This document shows positions 27,624 through 41,700 of a stretch of DNA of 64,000 nucleotides, one piece after another. Location of the stretch: positions 66,526,001 through 66,590,000 of the forward strand of contig OZ296655.1 in NCBI GenBank assembly GCA_965655095.1. Direction: 5' to 3'. The notes beneath the pieces were generated by a model, which did not search any database, was not told the origin of the DNA, and saw only the letters and a list, made by a program, of their open reading frames with translations. A program made the translations under genes and the position numbers. How positions within the stretch are numbered: position 1 is the stretch's first letter; each line of letters starts with the position of its first letter. The DNA is from Haplodiscus bocki. Taxonomy: Eukaryota.

Positions 27624-30600
27624 TCGCTGAAGTAACGGGCCAAAATTGATATGCTATAAATTGGATATAAACAGAAGAAAGTTGAGTTTATGAAGCAACT
27701 ATATAACGGAATGTTAAAGACCATATGGTGAATTTCCCTGTGCTATCCCACGGTTACAGCTTAGTAACTTCCCCTTACGAACGTGCAGTCTTTCAAATTT
27801 TGAAATTTGGCAAACTGAATACGCTTACCTATAATTTAACATTTCTTCGTACCATTCTTCACTATAGCTCAAAAGTCCTTGCTTGAATTCACGCAATCCC
27901 TTTGTTCGCACGGTTAAGCAAGGCACACTATCGAGACTTATAAATATTAGCCGTCGCTACAACGCAGCAGTGCTGACCGAGCCTACCGCCAGCACAACTA
28001 AGTAAATACTAACTTTCAATACCCCTACCACGTGCGACAAGTGTTTTTACCATGTTCCACAATATAGGAAATTGCCAAAGGAGCAGCAAAGTTTGGTTGA
28101 TAGAGATATATTTTCCACTTCTTTTTTCGAGGTACCATTTTTTTAAATAAAATTTTGATGCCACGCTTTTCGTCAGCTGGCAATTAGTCAATGCCCTCGA
28201 TTTTTTTGTCACAAGAGTATGCGAGGCGCTGCTTCGTCTCTATAACTGGGTAGTTGAAATTACTGAAAAAGACGTTCATTTTCCAAGCTATTTTAACCAG
28301 ATAGAGTTTTTTTCATCCCGGAAAGAAGCATTTTTTCTTCTTTTTCCGTCTTTTGATCGTCCCAAATGCATTCTTGCTTTCAATCCCAGCATTATTTGGT
28401 TTTCTTCGGTTGAGCCAACAGCGTGGCCGTAATTGCTTTCCGAAGAAACGTAGATATGAAATATTAGGCTAGCGCTGATTCTACTAATGAAACAATCACT
28501 GAGATCAAAAATTGGCATTATATTGATTTGACAACCCCTCATCCATGAATTCCGAGGTACCTGTTTTCATTTCCCGCCCATATTACCATATGGAGAGAAA
28601 ATCTTCCGCTCGCCGTGTTCATTTTTTACGTTTAGTTTGTCCGAAAGTCCAGAGGATTTTGAGTTTTTAATCAGAAAATTATAGCAACTTTGACGTAGAA
28701 GCGACTGAAATAGATAGAGTTTTCATATTTGCGATAGAATGCGAAAGAAATAGTATTTTTTGAATACGATTGAAGGAGTTTTTAATAAGAAAAATTTGAT
28801 TCTCTAGAAAAGGTCAAAAGCTTATCAAAAGGCGAAATTTCTTGAATATGCCTTTTTCCACCAAAATTTAGAGTTTCTTTTCCAAAAATTTGGAGGTTTT
28901 CAAAATGCGAACAACTAGCAATTTTGCTGATGAAAGAAGCATATAAAAGAAATTTTTCATGAAAGAGGTTTCTTCTAGAGGTGTCATTGACAAAGTTGGA
29001 GGACGGAAAATATGCCAGTGGCAAATGCCCGTTTTTGAGATCTCATCTCACAATCGATGAAGTTTTTCTAAAATTTTCCAAGTCTGTATAACATCTCGAG
29101 GCCTTCTGTATTCATGCAAAGAATTTAAAATACCAAAAGTCTAAAGTTTTCGTAGCAATTATACAAGTTTTTTCTTATCGCAAGAACTGGAAATATTTTT
29201 CGGTATCTCCTTTTGCATAATCCCATAATCCGTAGAAATAAGTCATAAAGTTTTTGTGATGTGTAAATATAGACCGCCAATTAGCAGGTCATCAATCTAA
29301 CAATAAATTGCTTGAATACTAAATGCAGAATTTCTTTCGAAAGCATCAAAAAAGTTTTCTTTTGAAAGGTTTAAGAAGGAAAACACTGAAATACTTCCCA
29401 GAAAGCATATCTAGCAAGATTCGTAAAAGAGCGTTTTTTCCTTACTAGTCTCCTAGCAAATTTTCTCTGGCAACAATTTTGCAAAGATCTCGCAAGGTTC
29501 ATTTTTATCTGCAAGGTTCCTGGACGAAAAATTTGTGTTTCCAAGGAACTTGCCAGAAATGCTGGGAGTTTACAGAGACTCGATTTTTTTTATAATTCAA
29601 TTTTTCAATTAGAATTTTTTTACTGTGCACATAGACCTGGAGACGGAATTAATTAGAATATGAAATTGAAGTTTTGTTTTGGAAGCATTAAGACTGTCAA
29701 ATTGTTGAGCCCCTGTCGGAGTATTTTGTGTGACTTCCCCATTGATAAAGATGATCAAATCAAATTCCAGTGATTAAACTTTTATCCATTTTCTTCTTCT
29801 TGAACCCAGAGTTCCAAGCCTGCTGCCAGTTGGACATTTGTTCACCTGTCGAAAAAAACACAATGAGTCTACTTGTAGCGAGAGAATAATTTGTGGGCAA
29901 GTGCCTCATTCCAACGAAAATGACTAAATAGACGGAAACACATTGTCACGGAAAAAAATTGAAGTTTTTCCAAGGTCCTGGGAAAAATTCATAGCATTTT
30001 AAAAAATATATCTGAAATTGCTCCGGCATCCTAGAAGCATTATCAATATTGTTTTGACAAATTGATGACTTGACCTATATTCTTGTCGGGAGAAAGAATA
30101 AACTTCGGAACGGGAAATGTAGTTTTTCCAAAGTATCAAGTCAATTAGCACCTGTTCCAAATCAATTAATTGCTTCTCTCACAATTAACCTACCGATATG
30201 AGTATTTACTCTACTTCCGAATTCTTGAGCTCTGGTGTTTGGCATTCGTCTAGAGAAAGGTGTTCTGATGTCCCGTTCGGGAAATTGAATTTCTTCTTTG
30301 GGGTCGTTTTTCTTCGCCTAAAAATATGTGGACACAAAGCAAAGTGATAAGAATAGAGCTCGTAGTATTTGTGGTTACGATGTATTTGTGGTTTTAGACA
30401 TGTCTAAATAGTTTTTGAATCTAATACGACCATGGCTGATGAACACTTCACATAATTCATGTCTCCAGCGATTTTCAGGTTATAGATATAGCTCAATTAG
30501 TGCTAAAACATTTTGGTCATTATTGGTATCTTCCGGTATCGCTGAAGTAACGGGCCAAAATTGATATGCTATAAATTGGATATAAACAGAAGAAAGTTGA

Positions 30601-33452
30601 GTTTATGAAGCAACTATATAACGGAATGTTAAAGACCATATGGTGAATTTCCCTGTGCTATCCCACGGTTACAGCTTAGTAACTTCCCCTTACGAACGTG
30701 CAGTCTTTCAAATTTTGAAATTTGGCAAACTGAATACGCTTACCTATAATTTAACATTTCTTCGTACCATTCTTCACTATAGCTCAAAAGTCCTTGCTTG
30801 AATTCACGCAATCCCTTTGTTCGCACGGTTAAGCAAGGCACACTATCGAGACTTATAAATATTAGCCGTCGCTACAACGCAGCAGTGCTGACCGAGCCTA
30901 CCGCCAGCACAACTAAGTAAATACTAACTTTCAATACCCCTACCACGTGCGACAAGTGTTTTTACCATGTTCCACAATATAGGAAATTGCCAAAGGAGCA
31001 GCAAAGTTTGGTTGATAGAGATATATTTTCCACTTCTTTTTTCGAGGTACCATTTTTTTAAATAAAATTTTGATGCCACGCTTTTCGTCAGCTGGCAATT
31101 AGTCAATGCCCTCGATTTTTTTGTCACAAGAGTATGCGAGGCGCTGCTTCGTCTCTATAACTGGGTAGTTGAAATTACTGAAAAAGACGTTCATTTTCCA
31201 AGCTATTTTAACCAGATAGAGTTTTTTTCATCCCGGAAAGAAACATTTTTTCTTCTTTTTCCGTCTTTTGATCGTCCCAAATGCATTCTTGCTTTCAATC
31301 CCAGCATTATTTGGTTTTCTTCGGTTGAGCCAACAGCGTGGCCGTAATTGCTTTCCGAAGAAACGTAGATATGAAATATTAGGCTAGCGCTGATTCTACT
31401 AATGAAACAATCACTGAGATCAAAAATTGGCATTATATTGATTTGACAACCCCTCATCCATGAATTCCGAGGTACCTGTTTTCATTTCCCGCCCATATTA
31501 CCATATGGAGAGAAAATCTTCCGCTCGCCGTGTTCATTTTTTACGTTTAGTTTGTCCGAAAGTCCAGAGGATTTTGAGTTTTTAATCAGCAAATTATAGC
31601 AAATTTGACGTAGAAGCGACTGAAATAGATAGAGTTTTCATATTTGCGATAGAATGCGAAAGAAATAGTATTTTTTGAATACGATTGAAGGAGTTTTTAA
31701 TAAGGAAAATTTGATTCTCTAGAAAAGGTCAAAAGCTTATCAAAAGGCGAAATTTCTTGAATATGCCTTTTTCCACCAAAATTTAGAGTTTCTTTTCCAA
31801 AAATTTGGAGGTTTTCAAAATGCGAACAACTAGCAATTTTGCTGATGAAAGAAGCATATAAAAGAAATTTTTCATGAAAGAGGTTTCTTCTAGAGGTGTC
31901 ATTGACAAAGTTGGAGGACGGAAAATATGCCAGTGGCAAATGCCCGTTTTTGAGATCTCATCTCACAATCGATGAAGTTTTTCTAAAATTTTCCAAGTCT
32001 GTATAACATCTCGAGGCCTTCTGTATTCATGCAAAGAATTTAAAATACCAAAAGTCTAAAGTTTTCGTAGCAATTATACAAGTTTTTTCTTATCGCAAGA
32101 ACTGGAAATATTTTTCGGTATCTCCTTTTGCATAATCCCATAATCCGTAGAAATAAGTCATAAAGTTTTTGTGATGTGTAAATATAGACCGCCAATTAGC
32201 AGGTCATCAATCTAACAATAAATTGCTTGAATACTAAATGCAGAATTTCTTTCGAAAGCATCAAAAAAGTTTTCTTTTGAAAGGTTTAAGAAGGAAAACA
32301 CTGAAATACTTCCCAGAAAGCATATCTAGCAAGATTCGTAAAAGAGCGTTTTTTCCTTACTAGTCTCCTAGCAAATTTTCTCTGGCAACAATTTTGCAAA
32401 GATCTTGCAAGGTTCATTTTTATCTGCAAGGTTCCTGGACGAAAAATTTGTGTTTCCAAGGAACTTGCCAGAAATGCTGGGAGTTTACAGAGACTCGATT
32501 TTTTTTATAATTCAATTTTTCAATTAGAATTTTTTTACTGTGCACATAGACCTGGAGACGGAATTAATTAGAATATGAAATTGAAGTTTTGTTTTGGAAG
32601 CATTAAGACTGTCAAATTGTTGAGCCCCTGTCGGAGTATTTTGTGTGACTTCCCCATTGATAAAGATGATCAAATCAAATTCCAGTGATTAAACTTTTAT
32701 CCATTTTCTTCTTCTTGAACCCAGAGTTCCAAGCCTGCTGCCAGTTGGACATTTGTTCACCTGTCGAAAAAAACACAATGAGTCTACTTGTAGCGAGAGA
32801 ATAATTTGTGGGCAAGTGCCTCATTCCAACGAAAATGACTAAATAGACGGAAACACATTGTCACGGAAAAAAATTGAAGTTTTTCCAAGGTCCTGGGAAA
32901 AATTCATAGCATTTTAAAAAAAATATCTGAAATTGCTCCGGCATCCTAGAAGCATTATCAATATTGTTTTGACAAATTGATGACTTGACCTATATTCTTG
33001 TCGGGAGAAAGAATAAACTTCGGAACGGGAAATGTAGTTTTTCCAAAGTATCAAGTCAATTAGCACCTGTTCCAAATCAATTAATTGCTTCTCTCACAAT
33101 TAACCTACCGATATGAGTATTTACTCTACTTCCGAATTCTTGAGCTCTGGTGTTTGGCATTCGTCTAGAGAAAGGTGTTCTGATGTCCCGTTCGGGAAAT
33201 TGAATTTCTTCTTTGGGGTCGTTTTTCTTCGCCTAAAAATATGTGGACACAAAGCAAAGTGATAAGAATAGAGCTCGTAGTATTTGTGGTTACGATGTAT
33301 TTGTGGTTTTAGACATGTCTAAATAGTTTTTGAATCTAATACGACCATGGCTGATGAACACTTCACATAATTCATGTCTCCAGCGATTTTCAGGTTATAG
33401 ATATAGCTCAATTAGTGCTAAAACATTTTGGTCATTATTGGTATCTTCCGGT
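27624..33452 (+). repeat. Direct tandem duplication, period 2915 bp (27624-30537 and 30539-33452)
   Basis: Identical ORF sets offset by 2915 (28009/30924, 28288/31203, 28782/31697); about six substitutions seen by eye. It copies the last ~415 bp of the solo LTR plus flank. Confidence 0.95.
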
Positions 33453-33572
33453 TCAATACTGAAATTCATTGAGACTGTGAAACGGGCTTGTTTTCTCTTT
33501 ATGCAATCATTACCGCAGAAAATTTTAAAGTCGACTTGCATTACAATTGAATGAGCCTAATGATTGGTTGAC

Positions 33573-35149
33573 TCTTGCAGCACATCTGCGAAGCCTGCGG
33601 GCAACCGTTACCTGAAGAAGACACATCGCAAGACTGGAACTCTGCATTTCACTTTCAAAACATCTACTTTTATTCATATGTAACTTGCATGTAAAGTGAT
33701 CTGTAAATATACGGACCACTCTAGTGAACTGATCCAGACTAGGACGGAATCGTTACGGATTAAAACAGATATTCCATTAGTAATCAATCATGAGGTGCTA
33801 TATATACGTGATTTTTTAATGTATTTATTTAGTATAAAGCCACCTTATTAAATGTGCTGAAAGTGCTGTGAGTTCAATCAAGTTGACGTTGTCAATGAAA
33901 ATGACAAAAGCAAGTGAAGCTAAACAAATCAGACTCTAGGAGTGAATATTGGTTCCGTACGTGTTCTATCGCTACTAGTCTGGTGACGTCACCGCTAAAT
34001 CAATCCAACTATTAGAGACCTCTTACGCTGTCTTGAGATAGCCAATTACGGAGCAGTTCCGTATTCACTCCCTCTCGCCCCATAGCAGCACCGCTGTCAG
34101 CAACGCTATAGGCGAAAACGGAATTGTTCCGGAACGGTTTGGCAAAAATAGGGAAGGCACTAGAAACGTTCCTAGTTTTCACTTACCTTTCACCTAGTTC
34201 CTTTCCAAAAATCATAATGAACTTGATCAAGTCAGCACATGTTTTCTCTTCTATTTAAAGCAGCAAATACTCATGATATTATTTTATCTGTTACTTGAAT
34301 TATTCCGTACATCATCTTAATACATTTCCATTTATGGAAAGTTTGTGATGTAATGTTTTCAAAAATAAACAATATGTCGGCGTGGTAGCACGCATTTTGA
34401 CGTCCATTTCTGACGGTCCAGTCCCGCACATTTTTCGTCGGAAGATAAAAAAAAACGCGGCCTATGAGGAAGGAAATGGATTGAAAGGTGTTCATTTCCC
34501 GCCAGAGTCTACATTTTTCTTTTGTGGAGAATATGATTAAAGTATTTTCTCTGACCTTTTACCTTGATTTGGCGTGTGAACCGCCAAGAAACAGGTATCA
34601 TTAGGAGAAACGAAGGTGTTAGTAATATTAATTTTACTTGTATCACTTACAACTAGTCGTATTTGTATCATTATTTTCTATCATTTCTACCAATTTTTGT
34701 TTTCTCAAGTTGGAATTGTTCAATAAAAAACGAATTCAATAGTCAACACATCTCCACAGTTTTCCCTTTCGATATGGCAACCTGAAGGAACAAGAAATAG
34801 TTGACAGCAGTTGCTAGAGATATTCAGGAAGGATCCCCTAGGGACAGCCAATCAGGAAACCCAGCCGTTCTTCGATTAAGCGAAAAGTACATCACTCAAG
34901 TGTTGGAAGAGATAGAAAGCAATTTAACGAAAAAGTTGTCGCAAGAGTTCAGTAGGACAGAGAGCAGACTTTTCTGTGCTTTATCTGAACTTGGTGAATT
35001 TTTTCTGAATTCGCCAGGCCAGGTACAAGCCGGGACCGTTCCGGAACATCCCGGAACATGAACGTAGAATAATCCTCGGCCTGAGGTAGATGCCTCTATC
35101 TACCGGTCCACTCAATCCATGGATTCAGTCCCAGAAGAAACATACTACA
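33573..35149 (+). mobile_element. Family-B solo LTR (decayed)
   Basis: Starts TCTTGCAGCACATCTGCGAAGCCTGCGG and ends ...CATACTACA; TSD TTGAC/GTGAC (4 of 5); broken ORF from ATG 34774 (YITQVLEEIESNLTKKLSQEFSRTESRL). Confidence 0.85.
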
Positions 35150-36682
35150 GTGACGTATCATCTGGCTGACGGCTCAGTTAACCGATTGTTCAGAAAATGC
35201 TACTAGCTTACTTCTGAAATATTATTAGCTGAGGTAGTGCGATTCGGTTACGTAGTAATTCCGAGCTTTAGGCGGAAGTCCAATACGTGTAATGCAAATT
35301 CGTTCTATAGCACAGTCGGTTAATTGAGCGGTCGGCTAATTAAATGGCACCCATAGCTAACACTATTGTGTTACGTCACCGCATCAACTAGTCTCATAAC
35401 TTCGAGTAATTTATTTGAAACATTTGGCTCAGTAGTACAACTAACTCTTTTGTCTGAGTTGTTCACCGAATATCTGAATTTCTTCTGAACGACTTCATTT
35501 TAGTTGGAAAATCTTGTGATAACAAAAACTGAATGACTACTCACGTGGTCAGCTATAAATCCCCAGTTGGTTTCCCTGAAAGACAAAAAGAACGTATAGT
35601 TGGAGACGAGTCTAGGAAATGTCAATATTTTTTTTCTAACTAATTACAATCATTGATCGCTTACGTCCTTTTGAAATCTTGTAACAATTTTTTTTCAAAA
35701 TGTATATTAAAAACTGTGGTCTAAAGGTAAAGGAAAATGTTGAGACGCTTTTCTGAATGAAAATCTATTGCATGATTTCTTTCAAAGAACAAATATTATA
35801 TTTTTGACAAGAATCTGACGTGAACGATAAAATGTGCTCACCATTAGTAATAGATATATTTAATAATTGCATTAAGATATTCCATTCTTAGCATAGTTTT
35901 TTTCACTCATTTTTCTTTTACCTTGCTATGCTTCCGAACAATGAAACTAGGGTCAATTTTAACCAGTTTTTGCGGCACCAGTACTCTCTTTGACAGCTGC
36001 CTTTCCAGATATCGTCTTCTACTCTTTCGTCATATCCAATTTTGTTCTCAGCCATCACAGTTCCTACAAAGATCAAAACATTCAAGACTTTTTTGGGAAC
36101 CATTGTAACCTAGCATCCACGCGCTGGTTTTGATAAAAGAGATCCAATTTATGAATCATTTTTCAGCAATTGTCAACTCAATAAAGGGAGATATTTTTGA
36201 TCTATATCGAAACAGAACAGCTTTTTTTTGAAGTATTAGTGATGATTTTTTATTTCATTTTCATTAAAATTAAATCATCAGATCTTCCAAACTCTCCTCT
36301 TTTCCTCAAAAAAGGTTTCTTCCCAAAAAATGCCATGATTTTCAAAGATTTTCACTCATGTTTATATTCCATTGATTTAAAAAAATTGAGTAATAGAAAT
36401 GTAATGGAAGTTTTGCAAAATTTGTATAAAAAATTTCAATAAATTGATTAAAAAACAGGAATCGAATGAAAATCTAGCTGACAATTGCATGGTGATTTGT
36501 CAAAGCAGGGTCTAAATGGCAAATATTGACCAAACGCGAGTCGATCCGATTTCATCAAGCTGGCAAAACGCCAACTTATTAAGGTCGACCCGCGTTTTCT
36601 GTCATATCAATCGCAACAACTTGCACAAGATCATAATGGGATGAATCTAGTCAAACCCAAGAAGCATTTGAGATAGTGGCTA

Positions 36683-36904
36683 CCCAGTGCTTGGTATCTT
36701 AGTTTTCTTGCCAAGAAATTTCTTGGATTTTTTACATTTCTTGCCAAGATCTTGGCAATTATTCTTGGCAAGGTTCGCAAGATTTTGCAAGATTTTTGAA
36801 GATCGTGGAAAGAAATCTAAGAAACTTTTTGGACTTCTTGGCAAGAGAACCAAGAAAAATCTTATAATTAGCTACTATAATGACGACGTCCACGTGAGTT
36901 TGGG
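36683..36904. repeat. CTTG/CAAG-rich MITE-like element
   Basis: TA|CCCA...TGGG|TA with dense CTTGCCAAG and CAAGAT motifs; a related CCCAG...CTGGG element lies at 29397-29566 (duplicated at 32312-32481). Confidence 0.5.
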
Positions 36905-39900
36905 TACTATTACCGTCAGGGTTCGAACCCTCTTGCATTTTTTGCGCTCGATATTTCCCTTTTCCTTGTATTGGCATTTTTTTAAAATCACCATCTATTT
37001 CTCGATTCGGGAATTTTTTTTTCAAGTTCACTCAAATTTGAAATTTTCCGAATTTATCGAAGATTTTGCCCTAAAATTCAAAGTGTTACAGAAAATTTAG
37101 GATTCTATCTTTTTCGAAACTGAGAAAACTTTCGATCTTCAGAAAAAAACTTTTGCTACTTTTGTCCGATTCTTCTCTTCCCCCTACCATATCAAATTTA
37201 TCGGGCGGAAATTGACAAAGCCGATACCAGCAAAATTTGTTTGAAATTTTTCACCACTCTCGTGAAAAAAAGAATGATCTTGTGAATTTAGTGTACAAAA
37301 ACAGGTTGTTTTCCTGTACTTTCCGCGATCAATTGCTCTTTTAGCTTCCAACTAGTCCCCCCAACTACGCATGCAGCTTAAATTAGTACAACATGTTGAG
37401 TTTCGAGGAATCTGTTTCCAAAGTTGATAAAATTTTCCAAAAAAATCGTGCATTTAGTGTTCCACAGTAGGCCAAAATTTAGCTACTTTACTGAATGTGA
37501 AGGAATTCCAGCAATTTTGATTTCAATATCATCTTTTACTAGCGTGTCCTAACCTACAAAGCATGAAACACAAACACAATAAACAACAGCATTTGTTCCG
37601 GAGTTTTTGTGGCGTTTAGATTGGATTAGATGTCGTCTCTAGAGCTATGAAGAGGGCCTGAGTAGATTATATTGCGTTTTCCGGTATCTTTTGCACTTTT
37701 GTTTTTCTTTTCAACCATGCACCAGGCTAAACTAATATGATGCAAAAGCACAAATATGTTTAAGAAACAGAAGAAAAGTTCCTCTCAGCTAGTTAGTTGC
37801 TCTCAGTGAAGTTTTTGTTGTTTTAAACTAAACAGGAAATATCCAGTTTTTCAACTTTCGTCAAACTTCTGCTCTGTTATTTTCTAGTTTTGCTTTTCAG
37901 CTGCAAGTGCATTGGATATCAATGTCAGACGTCGTAATTTTCACTAGTTCAATAAATAAAAAACGTTTTGCAAGAAAACGTTCTATTTGATTTTTTTTAA
38001 CGCAAAAAGTTTTATAACACAGTCCTCACGTTATTTATCCAACCAAAATTACTAGTTATTGCACAAGTGGTAGTTCACTACCTTTTTAAGCCGAAATATG
38101 TTGAAGAACCCATCAAAAAACCAACCGGAAGTATACTGAAAAGGTTTTCTCTCCAGAAATTTTGAAGTTACCAAAAAAATGAAGAAAAGCTGTAATATTA
38201 TGTTATACTGAAACCTTTTTTCAATTACATTTTGCTATCTGGTTATCAAGAAAAACTCGAAGCTTTCCTGGATTGTTGTTCTTTGTCCAAGTTTGATGAT
38301 TCGACGATTTGAAAACGTTGTTTGCTGCATGTTCAGGCAATTGTGCCATATAGTGGTATACGGTAGCAACTATTTGAAAAAAAAACTAACAAAGAAACTA
38401 ATTAGCCATCCAAAAAACGTGTAAAACATGATGATAATGCCATGATCTTGTAGTGAATCACGGGAAACATGGTAATTGTACTATGAATATGCCAAGAGTT
38501 GTGACGTAATGTCAAAAAACATTGCTGCCATCTCGTCACTATGGCATTATCATGACTTTGCTTCGTCATGATCATGGTGAGATCATGGCAAGATGATAGA
38601 ATGGCAGCCATGTTTTCCCAACCATGTAAGCCATAGTAAACTGCTTGTTTGGTTAATATTTTCATTTTGATTATAGATCTGTTCAAAAAATATTGGAGAA
38701 ATGATAAACAATATCTAACTGTTGGGTGATATTTTTTCACTGTCGTGAAAAATACTAAAGGATTGTTGGTTTTTCTATAAACTTTGCAAACCGCAGCAAA
38801 GTCATAAACACTATTGGGCTTTACTATGTTACTAAAATATACATGCAAATTACTCAAATAATTTTTACCTAAACTAAATCACGAATTTTCGAATATTTAT
38901 GGGTTGCAGTTTGTGTTACTTCAGAAGCCCACAATTATGTATACAAATACTATAGTTTTTCGATGGTCAATTTGAGTGTGATCAATTGTCCAAAAATTAT
39001 GATGTCATAATAATGCAACTAACCAAGCGAAGCCGCGGCGGCTGATTCGTTTAATTGGTCTTGCTGGTGTTTGGGTACGCATTTGATATGTCTCTCACTG
39101 GCAGCACTTTTGGGTCTCGGAGGGGGCAGTCTGTCAAACCGACCGCTTCTCGGTCTCGGGCCCAAAATACTCATAATTCACAATTGATTGGAATCTTGGG
39201 GGATTGAAAATAAAATCAAAAAAGGTGTTGAATTCGAATTAATTGAGGTTAAAAAAGCAAAGTTACAGATTGTAACTGGTTATCAGTTCATATATTTGAC
39301 AAGTTTTACTTAAATCCGTTGCGAAGTGCAGAGGTTTCAGGTTTCAACTGATAATTAGTTAAAAACTGGTAAAAATGTTTCAAAAACTTCGACAGTTTTG
39401 GAATCTTAATACTTTCTTCGGCTCGCTTGCAAAATCATACTTGTATATAAATAGGTATGCTACAAATGTATGATGTATATAAATGAATCTTCAAACTATA
39501 TTTTAACAATGCATGTAATTTTGTTATATTGCTTTTAATTGAGCGCTTTGCTGACACGAAAAATTAAATACGATATGCTGCAGTGGAATAATTATTCTTC
39601 ACTAGTAGTGTTCATTTTTCTTAATTCTCATTTAATCCGGATTTTTTGTTCACGCAAATGCTTCGTGCTTGATTATTTTTGAAGTAATTCCACAAATTCT
39701 TTTCACAGATATTACCGAATTATGAAACTGTGAACTCAGCAGGGTGTTAAATTATTCCTGCTAAATTGATGAAAGTGAAGTGGAAGCCGATGAAGAAAAA
39801 ATGAAATGTACCTCCATGACTAAGAAATTCCCATAAAAAAATTATTTTTTGCATTCTGAAAAAAATAGATATGCGTAGTGTGTGTGTAAAGCTTTGAAAA

Positions 39901-40679
39901 ACTGAGGATGAAAACTCGTTCACTTTCGCTCAATTTTTGTGCCGTTCGATTGAACTGCGGAAACTTTTCAGGCGAGTTACATTTCGAGAGATGCTACATT
40001 TTGCTAGGGCAACATGCCCAGTTGGCAGCGTCCGTAAGGCTAAGTATACTTTTAGGTGGGAAGGCTTTCAGTGATGGGAATAAGTTTCGGTAGATACATA
40101 GAGGGGGTCCAAACTTTTGTGAAAACAGCTAAGTAGTAAAAAAACATAGCTCTCACTGGGATTCGAAACCTCTTTTTCCCTTTTGTGGAGTTTTTTTCTT
40201 TTTTCTGAAAGGCCCCTGACGCGCAGACTTCGTGTGTGGCAGAGCTGAACTGTCGGTGGCTCGTATAAATCATACGTGAGGTAACTCCGTGGTTAGGTGG
40301 CCCAACCTTAGCAGATTCGAATCCTATCATCAGCCAAATCTTCCACATGTTACCAGAAAGTCGTTAATACACACTTATTTTAAAATAACAGGGTTTTTCC
40401 GATAAAATTAAAGGTTTGTGATACGTCGGATCTTTTTTCTCAAAAAATATCTGCTTTTGACGTACCTGAAACAAATCGCCCATTTTACATTCATTTTTTA
40501 AAAAATTCGGAAAAAATGGCTTTCCTAAAACGCGCAAAAAAGTTTTGAATCTCTTGAAAAGAATTAATCATAAATGTAAATAATTGAAAGCCTTTTCTGA
40601 TTTTTGGTATCAGTTTTTCTTTTATCCTAATTTCAACGGGACAAAAAAAAGTAAATTTATTTCGAAAAAACTACTGCTG

Positions 40680-41700
40680 CAATATTTTGTTCTGCGATCC
40701 TCGAATTGAGAGAGCGCCCAAAAGAGCAATTAGTATTGCTTTCAGTCGATGTTGAAATTCATTTGTCTCTAAATTTACTGGGTTCAATTTCTTCACCTAG
40801 GTCTCAATCGACAGCTTTCAACTTTAAGAATACGATTCACTTGAAAAAACATTGTTTCTGTTCTTGTCTCTGAATTTTGATTGTCCAAAAATACCGAAAA
40901 AAGCTATTAAAAGTGACACATTCCGATTTCGAAAGTATTATTTTTCCATTAGTGCAGGTTCTCTTTTTTCCAAAAGATTCTCAGATGAGAAATTTCTACC
41001 TGTGGAAGCCTATGTGAATAACAAATCAAAATTTTGCTCCTTGTATCAGATTCTTGATATCTCTCAAATGCCAAAAGTGGTATTAGTTTTGACGTAACCC
41101 GATATCCGAACTCAAACATTTTCATCACTGCTGGATTGATTTGTTCAGGTAAATTTTCCACCAAAAGTTTTTTGCTTGTATTCAATTAAAGAACTATTGA
41201 TCGTGCTCCTTGTGTCTGAATTTTGGTGTTCCAAAAGTTCAAGAAAAGGCCCATAATAATGACTCATCTCAATTTTCAAACTAATATATTGCCATAAAAA
41301 CACACTTGATATTTTCCATCAAGATGTCATTCGACTTTCAATTGTGGCCGACTAGTCCATGAAAAAACAAAAATTATTTTATTTTCCTCGTATCGCAATC
41401 TGGATAGTTTGAAAATTCTGAAAAGATTCTTAATAGTGATTTATCTCGATATTCAAACTCAAAAATCTCCAATACATCCAAGTGGTTTTTCCGTTATGGT
41501 CTCAATCGACAACTTTCATCCTAAAAACGACTTCTCAATCAACAACGCAGTCTTTTTGTTTCTTGCTTCTAAATCTGGATAATCCATATTGACAGAAAGC
41601 GCCGTTAAAATTGAGTTATCTCGATCTTCAAACTCAAGAATTTCCTTAAATATAAGATTAATTCCTTTCATCAAGGTTTCTGTCAACATTTCATTAATTG
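40680..41700. repeat. Degenerate ~175-bp tandem repeat (about 6 units)
   Basis: A CTTGT...TGAATTTTG...AAAA...TAATAGTGA-like block recurs at about 40863, 41040, 41209, 41387 and 41562; TCTCAATCGACA occurs at 40802 and 41500. Confidence 0.55.

Larger units (their letters stand above)
24577..28039 (+). mobile_element. Family-A solo LTR, 3463 bp
   Basis: TGTCGCGTTATAGCTAACGC...CCCCTACCACGTGCGACA flanked by a perfect 4-bp TSD AGTG/AGTG; homologous at both ends to the LTRs at 57242 and 61971; no PBS follows. Confidence 0.92.

Noticed and set aside
28575-28610. Protein-primed PolB motif (SPYGNMG on the minus strand)
   Set aside because: Lacks the upstream Kx3NS and any other polymerase motif; a stop follows.
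24577-30954. Full-length LTR element bounded by two GCGACA-AGTG ends
   Set aside because: The second end is a product of the 2915-bp tandem duplication; there is no PBS, gag or second LTR start.
40280-40330. tRNA gene (A-box-like and GATTCGAATCC B-box-like motifs)
   Set aside because: No cloverleaf; at most a decayed SINE head.
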